Virus record (IMG/VR): IMGVR_UViG_3300042505_000752
Coordinates: 1-64,000 of that record
Length of the DNA: 64,000 bases
Source of the DNA: a virus
Strand: one strand, 5' to 3'
In this document: positions 47,496 through 57,058 of the stretch, one piece after another
Numbering within the stretch: the first letter of the stretch is position 1
Layout of the letters: every line of letters starts with the position of its first letter
Translations under genes and position numbers: made by a program
The notes under the pieces: generated by a model
What the model was told of the DNA's origin: nothing
Databases searched by the model: none
What the model saw: the letters and a program-made list of their open reading frames with translations, nothing else

Positions 47496-47938
47496 TAGAG
47501 CGTCCCATTAACAATATAGTTAGCGGCTTTTCGTGACAAGTCTTCACTGAAGCCTCGGGGTTCAAAGATAATTTTTCGTGCTGGCATCTTTGTAGTCCCA
47601 TATTGATGAAACTTTGCATACTCAACATTTGTACCAAAATTTGCAAATGTTGGAGTAATAACATTAGGAGGACCAAACAAAGATGTCAAAGAACGCATCA
47701 ATTTACCAGTAGGACCTGCTAGTGGGGGGTGCGTGTATGATTCTGCATCACGCCTCGGTGCCCATCCACCCACTGGTAAACCGCCAGTAGCAAAGTTTTC
47801 TGCATTTGCTAATTCAAGCATTTTCCTTGCATACATGAAAAGAGGCGTAAAGTTCTTTGAACGCAATTTCATGGTATTTAGGCGCAGGAGGGCTTCCTTA
47901 ATATCAACATCAATATCAATATCAACACTCATACTCAT
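47495..47938 (-). CDS. Virion morphogenesis/neck protein (Mu gpG/HK97 gp10-like)
   Basis: GKLMRSL, FGTNVEYAKFHQYGT..MPAR motifs. Confidence 0.8.
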   Translation of the reverse strand: MSMSVDIDIDVDIKEALLRLNTMKLRSKNFTPLFMYARKMLELANAENFATGGLPVGGWAPRRDAESYTHPPLAGPTGKLMRSLTSLFGPPNVITPTFANFGTNVEYAKFHQYGTTKMPARKIIFEPRGFSEDLSRKAANYIVNGTL

Positions 47939-48564
47939 GAGACGCGAACTCGCTTCCATCGCTTAACGGAACGAAGTTCTTCCTCGGAAAATCCCGTAGT
48001 TAAGGGGGCAGTATTTCTGGTTTCAAGGTCCTTGATACCAACAACATCATCGTGCATGTTTTGCATTTCGCGAGCCGCTGCTCGTAAAATTAATAGTCTA
48101 AATATTTTAATTTCAGAGCCAGCAAGACCTGCCGTATATTCAATTTCAATAGAATCATTGGCAAATGTTCGGTAAATATCTACGCCATAGCGCCTAACGA
48201 CATAATCAGTACCTTCAGTCAAAACTTCAGGAACGCTACCCGGAGTAGGCGATGTGACGGTAATTGTCTCAACGGAAACAATTGGCGAATTCCGTGCATA
48301 AAGCGTGTATGGAGGATGGAACCATGTCATTGGACGCTCGGTCGTATCCAGACTGACATCGTAAAAGAAAGATGAAGTTGGAACGCCAACACTATTTGAC
48401 TCAACAACATATGTTTCCGTTAATGAATTTACTTCAATTGGACGGCGAAGCCACGCCTCTAATTCACTTTGGAGACCTTCAAGGACATATTCAGCAGCAT
48501 GAAGTTGCCGATTGCTTAGTTTGATGTCCATGTAACGCTCTAATTCAACAATACTGACAAGCAT
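47935..48564 (-). CDS. Head-tail adaptor
   Basis: ELERYM...LEAWLRRP and IEIEYTAG; synteny. Confidence 0.75.
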   Translation of the reverse strand: MLVSIVELERYMDIKLSNRQLHAAEYVLEGLQSELEAWLRRPIEVNSLTETYVVESNSVGVPTSSFFYDVSLDTTERPMTWFHPPYTLYARNSPIVSVETITVTSPTPGSVPEVLTEGTDYVVRRYGVDIYRTFANDSIEIEYTAGLAGSEIKIFRLLILRAAAREMQNMHDDVVGIKDLETRNTAPLTTGFSEEELRSVKRWKRVRVS

Positions 48565-48607
48565 TCTGCACCTTCCTTACGGATAAGTTTACTATTTAAT
48601 GCTCGGC

Positions 48608-49690
48608 TTAGAGGTAAGAGGCTAAAATCTCATCCCATTTTTTAGCCATAACTTTTACATTTAAGGCTTCAACTAGTTTTCTATTCTTTTTTGCCTCTTC
48701 AGAGCGAGCACGCACATCTGTCATTTCAGTTAGATAATTAACCCAGTCATCTTTACTTGAAGCAAGAAACCCAATCCCGTACTCATCGTGAAGTCTGCGA
48801 TATTCAGGCATGTCGGACATAACTACGGGGATGTTTGATGCTGAGTATTCAAGTGCTTTAATCCATGATTTTGCACGATTAAATGGGACATCATTCAGCG
48901 GAGCAACTCCACAGTCAAATTCAAAAGACAAACGAGCATAATCTTTTGGGTGATGCATGGGGGTTAGGGTTACATTTTTTCGTTCAACGCCAACTTTGTC
49001 AGCAAAATATTCTGATGATGAGTTATGCCCAGAATGATGCAATCGCCACAATGGATTATTCAATACTCCATCCAAAATTTCAAGGTCTCCAGAACGATGC
49101 GAAGTTGAACCAACCCATCCAACTTTCATTTTGCGCTGACGATGAAAACGCTGACGAAAATCTAATGGCGTAATACAATTCTCAATCAAATGAACATTTT
49201 TACAGCCAAATTCATTTTTAAGTTTCTCAGCAATATAAGGCGTACTAGTTGTTACGGCATGCCCAAGTTGAATGATCTGTTTATAGAAATCTATGTTTTC
49301 TGTTTTGTTAAAATCTGGGTGCGTTAGTTTATATGCTTGATTATCTTTGTGGAGTTCCCAGTACCAATCATCAATATCATTAATAAATACTTGATTTTTG
49401 TTTGGGTTTTCTGCAAGTTTTTCAGCAAGATTACTAAACATTAACCGCTGTAAGACAATAATATCGCAGTCATAGTGACTATTTGAACCCCAGTCGCCAA
49501 TACCAAATCCCTTTTGTGGGTGATAAACCAAAAGACCAGTAACAGAATGGTATTTGAGATGTTTGCGATTTTGTTGTATGCGGACCCAATTAGCACCACC
49601 AGGTACTGGATGTCCAGATTGGTCAAGCATTGACTGAGACCAATCAGTTGAAGCAAATCCTATTTTAATCATTTTGCTAGTATGAGCCAT
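48608..49690 (-). CDS. Glycosyltransferase (GT4-like)
   Basis: INDIDDWYW, VGWVGSTSH and GVAPLNDVPFNRAKSWIKALEYSASNIPVVMS. Confidence 0.85.
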   Translation of the reverse strand: MAHTSKMIKIGFASTDWSQSMLDQSGHPVPGGANWVRIQQNRKHLKYHSVTGLLVYHPQKGFGIGDWGSNSHYDCDIIVLQRLMFSNLAEKLAENPNKNQVFINDIDDWYWELHKDNQAYKLTHPDFNKTENIDFYKQIIQLGHAVTTSTPYIAEKLKNEFGCKNVHLIENCITPLDFRQRFHRQRKMKVGWVGSTSHRSGDLEILDGVLNNPLWRLHHSGHNSSSEYFADKVGVERKNVTLTPMHHPKDYARLSFEFDCGVAPLNDVPFNRAKSWIKALEYSASNIPVVMSDMPEYRRLHDEYGIGFLASSKDDWVNYLTEMTDVRARSEEAKKNRKLVEALNVKVMAKKWDEILASYL

Positions 49691-49739
49691 GTATTTCCCT
49701 TATTTGTGATTCAGGGAAATCCTAGCACGCCATTTATGA

Positions 49740-49922
49740 TTACCCGTTACGGCGAAGCCTATCTGGAAGCAAATCTCGTCCAGCGCCCTGTGGGTTGCCA
49801 GCACCGCCAAGGCGCTTATTCATGCCTCGGAGAAGGAATGCAAGAGCGCGTCGCCACCACGCAGGGCGACGACCTTCACGCTCGTCAGGTTCAACATCTG
49901 GTGTACCACCGGGTATAGGCAT
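49740..49922 (-). CDS. Small Arg-rich hypothetical protein
   Basis: 60 aa with a TGcTAAAAT promoter and an AGGAG RBS. Confidence 0.6.
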   Translation of the reverse strand: MPIPGGTPDVEPDEREGRRPAWWRRALAFLLRGMNKRLGGAGNPQGAGRDLLPDRLRRNG

Positions 49923-49975
49923 ATCTTCTCCTAATCTCTAAAAGATTTTAGCACAATATAATAACCTGTTATTGA

Positions 49976-50566
49976 TTATCCGTCGGCGTTCGGTGGGCGC
50001 TCAATAACAAGAGCATCGTCTTTGGCTGATGATGGTGCCTCAATCGGAACCCATGCTGAAGAGTATTTATGTTCTGCAATATTTTTATCTTTCAGCATTG
50101 TGCCGTCAACCATTAGGTCAATTTCATCCATATGCATGACAAACATTCGTTTGATGTCTGCCTCGCTATATTTGCGTGACCGAAGAACCTGCTGAATAAT
50201 CCGCGACAACTTCTTTGCGACCACCTCGCCACGAGAACGATTAAGTCGGGCATGAAGAATCATAGCCTCAATATCATCACAGTCAACATAAATAACAGGT
50301 ACAGTATCCTCTGTAATTTTTGATAGTTTATGTAAACTTTTACTAATTTGCCACCTATACGAACCGTCAATAATTACATTTTTTGACTTCTGAACAATTA
50401 GTGGCTGAAGCCACCCATAATCCTCCATAGACCTTGCTAGTACCTGTAAGTCAGGCTTCAAGATATATGTTGTACGCCACGAAGCCAGATTCAATGTAGA
50501 GCCATCAACCCACTCCATTTGTCCATTGCCTAGCATTCCAGATTTGCCTTTTCCAAAAATTCCCAT
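49976..50566 (-). CDS. ibrB: IbrB-like ParB N-terminal domain protein
   Basis: LARSMEDYGWLQPLIV...IIDGSYR and ARLNRSRG; adjacent to the IbrA-like gene. Confidence 0.7.
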   Translation of the reverse strand: MGIFGKGKSGMLGNGQMEWVDGSTLNLASWRTTYILKPDLQVLARSMEDYGWLQPLIVQKSKNVIIDGSYRWQISKSLHKLSKITEDTVPVIYVDCDDIEAMILHARLNRSRGEVVAKKLSRIIQQVLRSRKYSEADIKRMFVMHMDEIDLMVDGTMLKDKNIAEHKYSSAWVPIEAPSSAKDDALVIERPPNADG

Positions 50567-50574
50567 AATTTCTC

Positions 50575-51738
50575 CTACCGTGAATCGTCTTGATAATCAA
50601 GTGCGTCTAATTCGGCTAACTCTTGAGCCTCTGCCAGACGCATAGTATGTGCTCGTGTTTTTGGTCCAATAGGGTTTACTGAACTGATATTGAATTCATT
50701 AATTAATAGATTTCTAATCAACCAGTGGACTGGGTATGAATAAGGGTCTTTGCGATGCTTCTTTCTAAATTCTGAAGCAAATGCCATTGCCCGCTGTTTC
50801 AGCCCTGGTGTAATTATATTGTCATCAATGCACAATTGCACGCCTTTCCAACCTCTGAGGGCATACATTTGGATCATGAGTTCAAGGTCAAACTGTGACC
50901 ACAAACGGCGCTGTGCATCAATGTGTGGAAAACACTCCACTAGTCTGTCGTAAAATTCTGGTTCAGTTCTAACTACATCCTTAATGCGTCGGATGGCAAC
51001 TGAGTGCAATGGAATACCAATACGGCTATTTGAGCCAGACAGAGCAGCGTGGTCGTAATATTCGCAGTATGAGGCATTGTGTTCCTCTGAAATAAATTTA
51101 AACACATCGCTTGCTGTCCAGTCATAAATAACCTTGGCAAATCGCAAAGGAATTGACTTTTTCATTTTGAATGGGATATTGATGTAATTTTCATTTAATT
51201 TCTGAACACATGCTCTATATCTGACCATTGACTCGTTGGCTCGTACACCAGTCAAGAAAGCAACACTTCCCGACTTTCCTTGCATTGTGTAATAGTCAAT
51301 TGACTCTGGAAGAATTTGATCTCGTGTAAGTCCGAAATGTTCAGCAGTAATTGCCCACGGCGGAATATCGCGGTAGAGACGACCTTCTCGTTCTCGCTTG
51401 GCGGACCAAAGTAAACAAAACTCTCGCCTACCTAGAACCCAGACTTCTTGACCCATTGGCATGCAATACCATTCCATGTCAACCCAGTCGTAATTGCGTA
51501 CTTCTTCAATATATTTAATAGTCAAAGGCGAAACCATTTCTTCGTCTCTGAAGATTACTTTTACTGGACCCAACCCTCGTTCTTCATGAATTTCTTTCGC
51601 AAGATACAAAACTGCTGTTGAGTCTTTACCCCCTGAGAATTGAACACATACCGTGTCAAAAGTGTCGTAGACATGTCGGATTCTTTCGCGAGCAGCCTCA
51701 ACACAATTGATATCTAAAAACATTCTTTGTCTGGTCAT
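50575..51738 (-). CDS. ibrA: IbrA-like PAPS-reductase/PP-loop family protein
   Basis: QFSGGKDS PP-loop, FRDEE, GVRANES..R and IYDW motifs. Confidence 0.8.
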   Translation of the reverse strand: MTRQRMFLDINCVEAARERIRHVYDTFDTVCVQFSGGKDSTAVLYLAKEIHEERGLGPVKVIFRDEEMVSPLTIKYIEEVRNYDWVDMEWYCMPMGQEVWVLGRREFCLLWSAKREREGRLYRDIPPWAITAEHFGLTRDQILPESIDYYTMQGKSGSVAFLTGVRANESMVRYRACVQKLNENYINIPFKMKKSIPLRFAKVIYDWTASDVFKFISEEHNASYCEYYDHAALSGSNSRIGIPLHSVAIRRIKDVVRTEPEFYDRLVECFPHIDAQRRLWSQFDLELMIQMYALRGWKGVQLCIDDNIITPGLKQRAMAFASEFRKKHRKDPYSYPVHWLIRNLLINEFNISSVNPIGPKTRAHTMRLAEAQELAELDALDYQDDSR

Positions 51739-51746
51739 TATTTTCC

Positions 51747-52523
51747 TTAGCGATAATCTGCGTGAGCATCTAAAAAGTTAATAAGTTTTTCTGCAATTGT
51801 GTCTCCATCGGTGGAAGGATCACTTCTTAGCCATTTAACAAATGCATACCAATGACCTTGCTGGTCAGCGTTATCAAAAACCAGAGTGTATTGAACTACT
51901 GCATTTCTAGTCCCCTGAGCGCCAATGCTTGTACTTCCGTTAGCGGCAACTTTCCTATCATCCACTGATTGAGATGGAACCAGTCTTGAACCCTCATCAG
52001 TATGCTCCACGGCATATTTGGGTGAGTTTTGCATTGGGTCTATTAATACTGGAGCGGTGTAACCGATTGTATTTTCTTGAGTCCGCTCAATGCGATTAAT
52101 TTGTTCGTTAATTGATGCCATTTCAAACATATCCCAACCTAAATCCTCAAGTAGTTCGGGGTAGATTTCATCAATATCCCCAAGCAATGATTTTAGGATG
52201 GATGGGTCCGTGTACCCAAGTTCGTTCGTTCTGTTGTCGGCAAGTGCAAAAGCAATAGCCCTATTATCGTCTACCTCGTATTGCACGGCAGCAATATGCG
52301 TCCAACCTAGTTTTTGAGCGGCTTGAAACTGGTGATTACCAGCAATAACCGTCATTGTTCCGTCCTCATTCGGGCGAACAACAATTGGCTTTAGTTGACC
52401 AAATTCCCTATACGAAGCAATGATTGCGTCTAAGTTTCCCTTGCGAGGGTTATTTGGTAATGGGATTAGTTTTTCTATATCAACTAGCAAATTAGTTAGT
52501 GATGCGTCAACTTGATAATCCAT
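51747..52523 (-). CDS. ParB N-terminal domain protein
   Basis: NNPRKGN...SYREFGQLKPIVV...VIAGNH...ALADNRT. Confidence 0.85.
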   Translation of the reverse strand: MDYQVDASLTNLLVDIEKLIPLPNNPRKGNLDAIIASYREFGQLKPIVVRPNEDGTMTVIAGNHQFQAAQKLGWTHIAAVQYEVDDNRAIAFALADNRTNELGYTDPSILKSLLGDIDEIYPELLEDLGWDMFEMASINEQINRIERTQENTIGYTAPVLIDPMQNSPKYAVEHTDEGSRLVPSQSVDDRKVAANGSTSIGAQGTRNAVVQYTLVFDNADQQGHWYAFVKWLRSDPSTDGDTIAEKLINFLDAHADYR

Positions 52524-52537
52524 AATTTCTCCTTAGG

Positions 52538-52894
52538 TTATGGCATTGTCTGTGCACGGACATTAGCGGCTAGCGTGCGTAGGGCATCAATGCTTGTGCG
52601 TAACGAATGAAGGCGTTCTCGTTTGCTCTTCACTAATGCTTCGCTAATTTTATATTGCATTATTAAATCCTGCAATTTATAATCAGCCCATGCTTCTCGT
52701 TCTTTGATTGATCCTTTTGCGCCAAGGTATTCTTTAGCCCATGAAGACTTCATGTTTGCGTCTTTGATAGCGGCATCTTGCGCTAAGGTTTCAAAATTTT
52801 CTGTTTCATTTTCTAGTAAGCCAGTGAGCCGAAGAATTTCTTCTTCTACTTCAATCTGACTAATCGGTCTGTTTCTGTTCAATTTTTCCTCCAA
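52538..52894 (-). CDS. Helical protein, possibly a UvsY-like recombination mediator
   Basis: 118-aa coiled coil within the recombination cluster; weak resemblance only. Confidence 0.4.
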   Translation of the reverse strand: MEEKLNRNRPISQIEVEEEILRLTGLLENETENFETLAQDAAIKDANMKSSWAKEYLGAKGSIKEREAWADYKLQDLIMQYKISEALVKSKRERLHSLRTSIDALRTLAANVRAQTMP

Positions 52895-53399
52895 TAGTAG
52901 ACCAGTCTATTTTCTGTAGACTGTCAATGCTTTCCTTGCCCCATTTATATCTGGGTCGTCCTAGGACATATAAACCCATTTCTTCAAGAATCCATGCATC
53001 ACACATATCATCAGCACCCTTACCAGCCCAAACAATTCCTGTTTTTGCCGATATTGATGAGACTACTTCATTTTTTGAAGCATTGCCACGACCTGTAGCA
53101 AATTTTGCTCTACAAGTCGGAGGTACTACCGCAAATGGTATTTCTAGATTATGTAGACATAAGCGGATTGCCCCACCTAATTCACCGATTGAAAATGCCT
53201 GCCCACTACGGCTTGCAAAAGAGTATCCCTCAAGCACAACCAATGGTTCATTTATTTCAGATAACAATTTCGTGAATTCGTTTACTATATCACTCAAGCG
53301 TTGAGTGTCTTTTGATTTAACAGCAATTACTCCCTGTTTATTGTCACATGCCCATCCCGTGGATGTTAGCGAAATATCTAGACCAATTACTGATTTCAT
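52860..53399 (-). CDS. ruvC: RuvC-like Holliday junction resolvase
   Basis: IGLDISLTSTG, VVLEGY, ATGRGNASK and DDMCDA acidic motifs. Confidence 0.88.
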   Translation of the reverse strand: MKSVIGLDISLTSTGWACDNKQGVIAVKSKDTQRLSDIVNEFTKLLSEINEPLVVLEGYSFASRSGQAFSIGELGGAIRLCLHNLEIPFAVVPPTCRAKFATGRGNASKNEVVSSISAKTGIVWAGKGADDMCDAWILEEMGLYVLGRPRYKWGKESIDSLQKIDWSTIGGKIEQKQTD

Positions 53400-53462
53400 T
53401 TTTTTAGTCTACTTGGTTGTGATTTTTCTAGCGGACGATAAAATAATTGTTCGGAGGGCGTA

Positions 53463-53810
53463 ATGACACTAAGCAATGAAGCAAGAAGAGAACGAAGCAA
53501 GCAAGCGCAAGTAAATCGCATGGGGTATAGAAACCTGCCAGTTATATATGGCTCAAAGACTCATATGGTTCTTGAATTTGCCAAATTTTTCAACCGACCC
53601 GTTACAAACAGGGAAGTCTTTGAGTTTTCTCCACGATTTAAGGAAATCAGAGAAGTAACAGACGGATTTAACGACCTCAGAGTAAGAGGATTGGCAGTAA
53701 GAGTTGGGGACAAGCATCAAATCACAAAACTTGGCATTGATGTCTTGTACCTATGTGCCAGAATACATGTAGAAAAAACATCTTCTTACACAAGAAGCGT
53801 TAAATATTAA
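53463..53810 (+). CDS. Hypothetical protein, possible winged helix
   Basis: TAAAAT -10 and GGAGG RBS; LRVRGLAVRVGDKHQITKLG. Confidence 0.6.
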   Translation: MTLSNEARRERSKQAQVNRMGYRNLPVIYGSKTHMVLEFAKFFNRPVTNREVFEFSPRFKEIREVTDGFNDLRVRGLAVRVGDKHQITKLGIDVLYLCARIHVEKTSSYTRSVKY

Positions 53811-53874
53811 CTGGTGGCTATAAACCTATTTGCTATAATTTACTTGTCCGCCTAACACGACAAAGGAAAAAAAA

Positions 53875-54225
53875 ATGGCAACAGGAGTTTTAGCCCCATC
53901 AACAATTACCCTGACAATTCCGGGTACCCTCAGTGCTTCAAGCATTGTCACCGCAGCAATGCCCTTCAATGGCACAATCACTGGCGCTTATGTTGCAGTG
54001 ACTACCGCTCCCGCAGGTTCGGCGCTTACCGCTGACCTCAAAGTTGGTTCTGCCGTTGCCGCTGCTTTTTCAATTGCCGCTGCAGGAACTTCAGATGAAG
54101 GTACTTTGAATGCCGCGAATGTCAAGTTTGACAAGGGTGCCCTCATTAGCCTTGATGTTGCAACGGTTGGTTCAGGTACCGCTGGTTCAAACATTACGGT
54201 TGCATTCACAGTTATTGAAGGCTGA
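53875..54225 (+). CDS. Small beta-rich structural protein, probable capsid decoration
   Basis: Ala/Thr/Gly-rich MPFNGTITGA...TTAPAG; TGcTATAAT promoter and AAAGGA RBS. Confidence 0.5.
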   Translation: MATGVLAPSTITLTIPGTLSASSIVTAAMPFNGTITGAYVAVTTAPAGSALTADLKVGSAVAAAFSIAAAGTSDEGTLNAANVKFDKGALISLDVATVGSGTAGSNITVAFTVIEG

Positions 54226-54229
54226 TAAA

Positions 54230-54547
54230 TCAGTCCCAAGAATGTTTGGCTAAACCGAGGTCAAATGCTAATTGGGGATTATTCCCGATTCGTGTGTGAC
54301 ATTCACGGCATACTGCCATCAAATTAGATTCGTCAAGGATAGACCCACCTTGAGAGCGTCGGACTAGTTCGTGAATGTCTCTACTAGGGCGACGAATATA
54401 AACCATAAGATTGTCATGTTCTGCAAAAACTGGACATGCTTCACACCAACGCCGTTCCTCTAGTAATTTTTTTACTAGAGGAACTCGTTGTTTATACAGT
54501 TCTTCAGTTTTTTTAGAACGCTTTTTTATTGGTTTTCGGGGTTTCAT
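54230..54547 (-). CDS. HNH endonuclease
   Basis: CEAC...DIHELVRRSQGG...NLMAVCRECH. Confidence 0.8.
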   Translation of the reverse strand: MKPRKPIKKRSKKTEELYKQRVPLVKKLLEERRWCEACPVFAEHDNLMVYIRRPSRDIHELVRRSQGGSILDESNLMAVCRECHTRIGNNPQLAFDLGLAKHSWD

Positions 54548-54556
54548 GACTTAATG

Positions 54557-55066
54557 TCAGTCATCAATGACATCTTCAGCCCTAATTGTGTTGAATGTCC
54601 ACTTACCTTCAAGTGATGCCCATAAAGCCTCATCAATTGAAGTCGGTTCAATATCATATAACTCAATAAGCGCTTTATGTTTTTTGATAGCGTTTTCGTA
54701 AAGCATTACATTTTGACTTGGGTCATTCTGAATTGTTCCAGTTTTGATCATTAATTCAACTTCATCAAGCCTTCGCTCAACATGAAATTTAAATCTTTCA
54801 ATCTTGCTAGAACGAGCGGAATAGGCAGACATTGCTTCTGCAAGCAATTTTGCACCATCAGCGCCGAGTGCTTCATATCTTTTTTTGTCAGACTCAGAAT
54901 CAAAATAAATTGCATCTAATTGCTCAGATAAACTTAAACTCAAACTAATTAAAGAGCGTTTCCAACGATCCCAGTTTTCTTTTTCTGTAAGAATGCTTCT
55001 TTGTGATTTAGAAACTTTATTTTTTACTTCTTCTGCCACAAGACGCGCAAATGCATCATCGTTCAT
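54557..55066 (-). CDS. Hypothetical helical protein
   Basis: 169-aa ORF in the operon. Confidence 0.7.
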   Translation of the reverse strand: MNDDAFARLVAEEVKNKVSKSQRSILTEKENWDRWKRSLISLSLSLSEQLDAIYFDSESDKKRYEALGADGAKLLAEAMSAYSARSSKIERFKFHVERRLDEVELMIKTGTIQNDPSQNVMLYENAIKKHKALIELYDIEPTSIDEALWASLEGKWTFNTIRAEDVIDD

Positions 55067-55078
55067 AACTTCCCTTAT

Positions 55079-55831
55079 CTATTTAGTCCAAGACGGACAG
55101 ATTTTCTTAAAATTACACCAATTACAAAGAGGACCTGTTTTTGTTGGAAAATTTTCATCTTCGCAGTACTGGTCAATTAAGGACTTAGTTTTAACAATCT
55201 TATCAACTGTTGTTTTTACTATATCCTGAGTTACTGGAGTTGTAAGGACTTTTGGTCCAGTGAGATAAATTAAAGAAACTGTCTCAGTTTCCCCAACGCC
55301 CAACTCCTGTAACATTGCCGCATATATGAAAAGTTGCAAAAACTTATCATCCATATAGCGTTTATCAGGTATCTTGCCTGTTTTGTAATCCTCAATAATA
55401 AGCGACCCATTGTCAGACTTCTTAAATCTGTCAATAAATCCCTTGACGGTTACGCCTTCAATTGAACCATATACTTCGCGTTCAACATCAACAAGATTGG
55501 TGTCTTGTGGATCTTCAAGTTTCCACAGATTCTCTACGCACCACCATGCTTTCCAGCGAAACTCACGACCATTTAATCTTAGTTTGCTAGTTTCAGCCTC
55601 GTAATACTCTTCCCATTTCAATCGCGCTAACCCTTTAGCCATATCAATTGTTCGTTCATTTGATGGCAAAAGGTATAACGCTTCAAGAATGTCGTGGACA
55701 AAGTTTCCAAGAAGAGTATGGACTGTTGGCGGTTCCATCATTCCATCAATTTTATTAAACTTAAATTTTAATGGACATTGATGAAATGTGTTAATTGATG
55801 ATGGCGATAAGTGTGGGGGTGCTACAAGCAT
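55079..55831 (-). CDS. RecB/Cas4-like PD-(D/E)XK exonuclease with an Fe-S staple
   Basis: LSPSSINTFHQCP, GFIDR...IEDYKTG and LCNWCNFKKIC. Confidence 0.9.
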   Translation of the reverse strand: MLVAPPHLSPSSINTFHQCPLKFKFNKIDGMMEPPTVHTLLGNFVHDILEALYLLPSNERTIDMAKGLARLKWEEYYEAETSKLRLNGREFRWKAWWCVENLWKLEDPQDTNLVDVEREVYGSIEGVTVKGFIDRFKKSDNGSLIIEDYKTGKIPDKRYMDDKFLQLFIYAAMLQELGVGETETVSLIYLTGPKVLTTPVTQDIVKTTVDKIVKTKSLIDQYCEDENFPTKTGPLCNWCNFKKICPSWTK

Positions 55832-56502
55832 TATTCTGCGCTGTCAACAAACTCTGGAGAAATAGTCCCACCAAGATGAATGCGAAGTGCTTCTACTGTA
55901 AGAACTTCTAGTTCTTTAATAGTAAATTCGCTTGGCTTAGGGATTGCTCGTCCATCGCTCCATGTTGACCAGTAAGCGCGCAAGTCTTTAACTTGGTCCT
56001 CGGTGAGAAGGTCTCTGATTTCCTTGAAACGATTGTACTTATCAACAACTGGGTCAATTTGCACTTCTGCGTGAATTACTTCATCCATTTCAATTGCATC
56101 AGCATCACGAGCAAGGTATAGACCTACTCCAAGATGTTGGCATGCCTTTTTAAGTGCGTCAGAAACGGCACCCTTAAATTCATCACCTAGGTCAAGAATA
56201 TCGCCACTCTTAGTGCGCTTGATCTTGGTTCCACCAAATCCAGCATGGGAAGTATGGAACATAGATGTGGCACCTTCGTCATAAACATCAACACGAACAT
56301 GTGCAATTACCCATTCAGGGTCATTCTTGTCTCGTTCGCAAGATACAACAGTATGCGACCATCCACATGGTCCAAATATCCTGTTCATTCGTGTAATAAC
56401 TTCCGAAATAGGAATATAGGTAAGGCTTGCCCCACCTTTTTTGACTTGGCGTTCCATTTCTATTGGGAATGGATCAGATAGTTTTTCGTATAAGTTTTCC
56501 AT
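55831..56502 (-). CDS. Rad52/Rad22 (Sak)-family single-strand annealing protein
   Basis: LTYIPISEVITRMNRIFGPCGW and KGAVSDALKKACQHLGVGLYL. Confidence 0.88.
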   Translation of the reverse strand: MENLYEKLSDPFPIEMERQVKKGGASLTYIPISEVITRMNRIFGPCGWSHTVVSCERDKNDPEWVIAHVRVDVYDEGATSMFHTSHAGFGGTKIKRTKSGDILDLGDEFKGAVSDALKKACQHLGVGLYLARDADAIEMDEVIHAEVQIDPVVDKYNRFKEIRDLLTEDQVKDLRAYWSTWSDGRAIPKPSEFTIKELEVLTVEALRIHLGGTISPEFVDSAE

Positions 56503-56505
56503 GAT

Positions 56506-57033
56506 TTATTTACCCTTCCTTAGTGAGATACTTGGTTCTGCTTCGCCTGACTGACAGTAGTCGTCGGCATTTACTCCAATATTTGATAATGCTGTTACTC
56601 GCCAATATGACGGCTGAACATAGTCAAGCAGTGCAGTAATCATTTCTTTTGTAGAAAGTACTCGCTCGCCTGTATCCATGTCAATAGCAAGCGACTCAAT
56701 TTTTTCCGAAACTACATCTGCCAAATCTTTATGCTTCCATGCTTTTCGGTTCTTGTCCCATTTTTTTTCAATGGTGTCACCCGACGGAAGAACGACCATT
56801 TCTGTTTCGGTCATTTCTTTTAGCAAATGATGAGTCAAGGAGTTATAAATAATTGACAATTGAGTTTTAAAGTTTGAAATCTCAACAGCCATTTCACACC
56901 AATTTTCCAGTGTAATTTGGCTTTCTTCTGGGCTTTTTTCTTTTAATGACTGAATAAAATCATCAAGAAGAAGAATTGCAGATTGGAAATCACCAAAATG
57001 CGAAGCCTTGCCTGTTTCGTTAGTATCTTGCAT
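56506..57033 (-). CDS. Hypothetical protein
   Basis: 175-aa ORF with an AGGAG RBS. Confidence 0.7.
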   Translation of the reverse strand: MQDTNETGKASHFGDFQSAILLLDDFIQSLKEKSPEESQITLENWCEMAVEISNFKTQLSIIYNSLTHHLLKEMTETEMVVLPSGDTIEKKWDKNRKAWKHKDLADVVSEKIESLAIDMDTGERVLSTKEMITALLDYVQPSYWRVTALSNIGVNADDYCQSGEAEPSISLRKGK

Positions 57034-57058
57034 TTTTCTCCTAGTAAATAGTTATGTA

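Noticed and set aside
49976-52523. ParABS plasmid-prophage partition system
   Set aside because: The ParB proteins show only the N-terminal domain, no ParA or parS array was seen, and the IbrA context fits better.
55079-55831. CRISPR-Cas adaptation gene (Cas4)
   Set aside because: There are no other cas genes or array. Its position beside a Rad52-like annealase indicates a phage recombination exonuclease.
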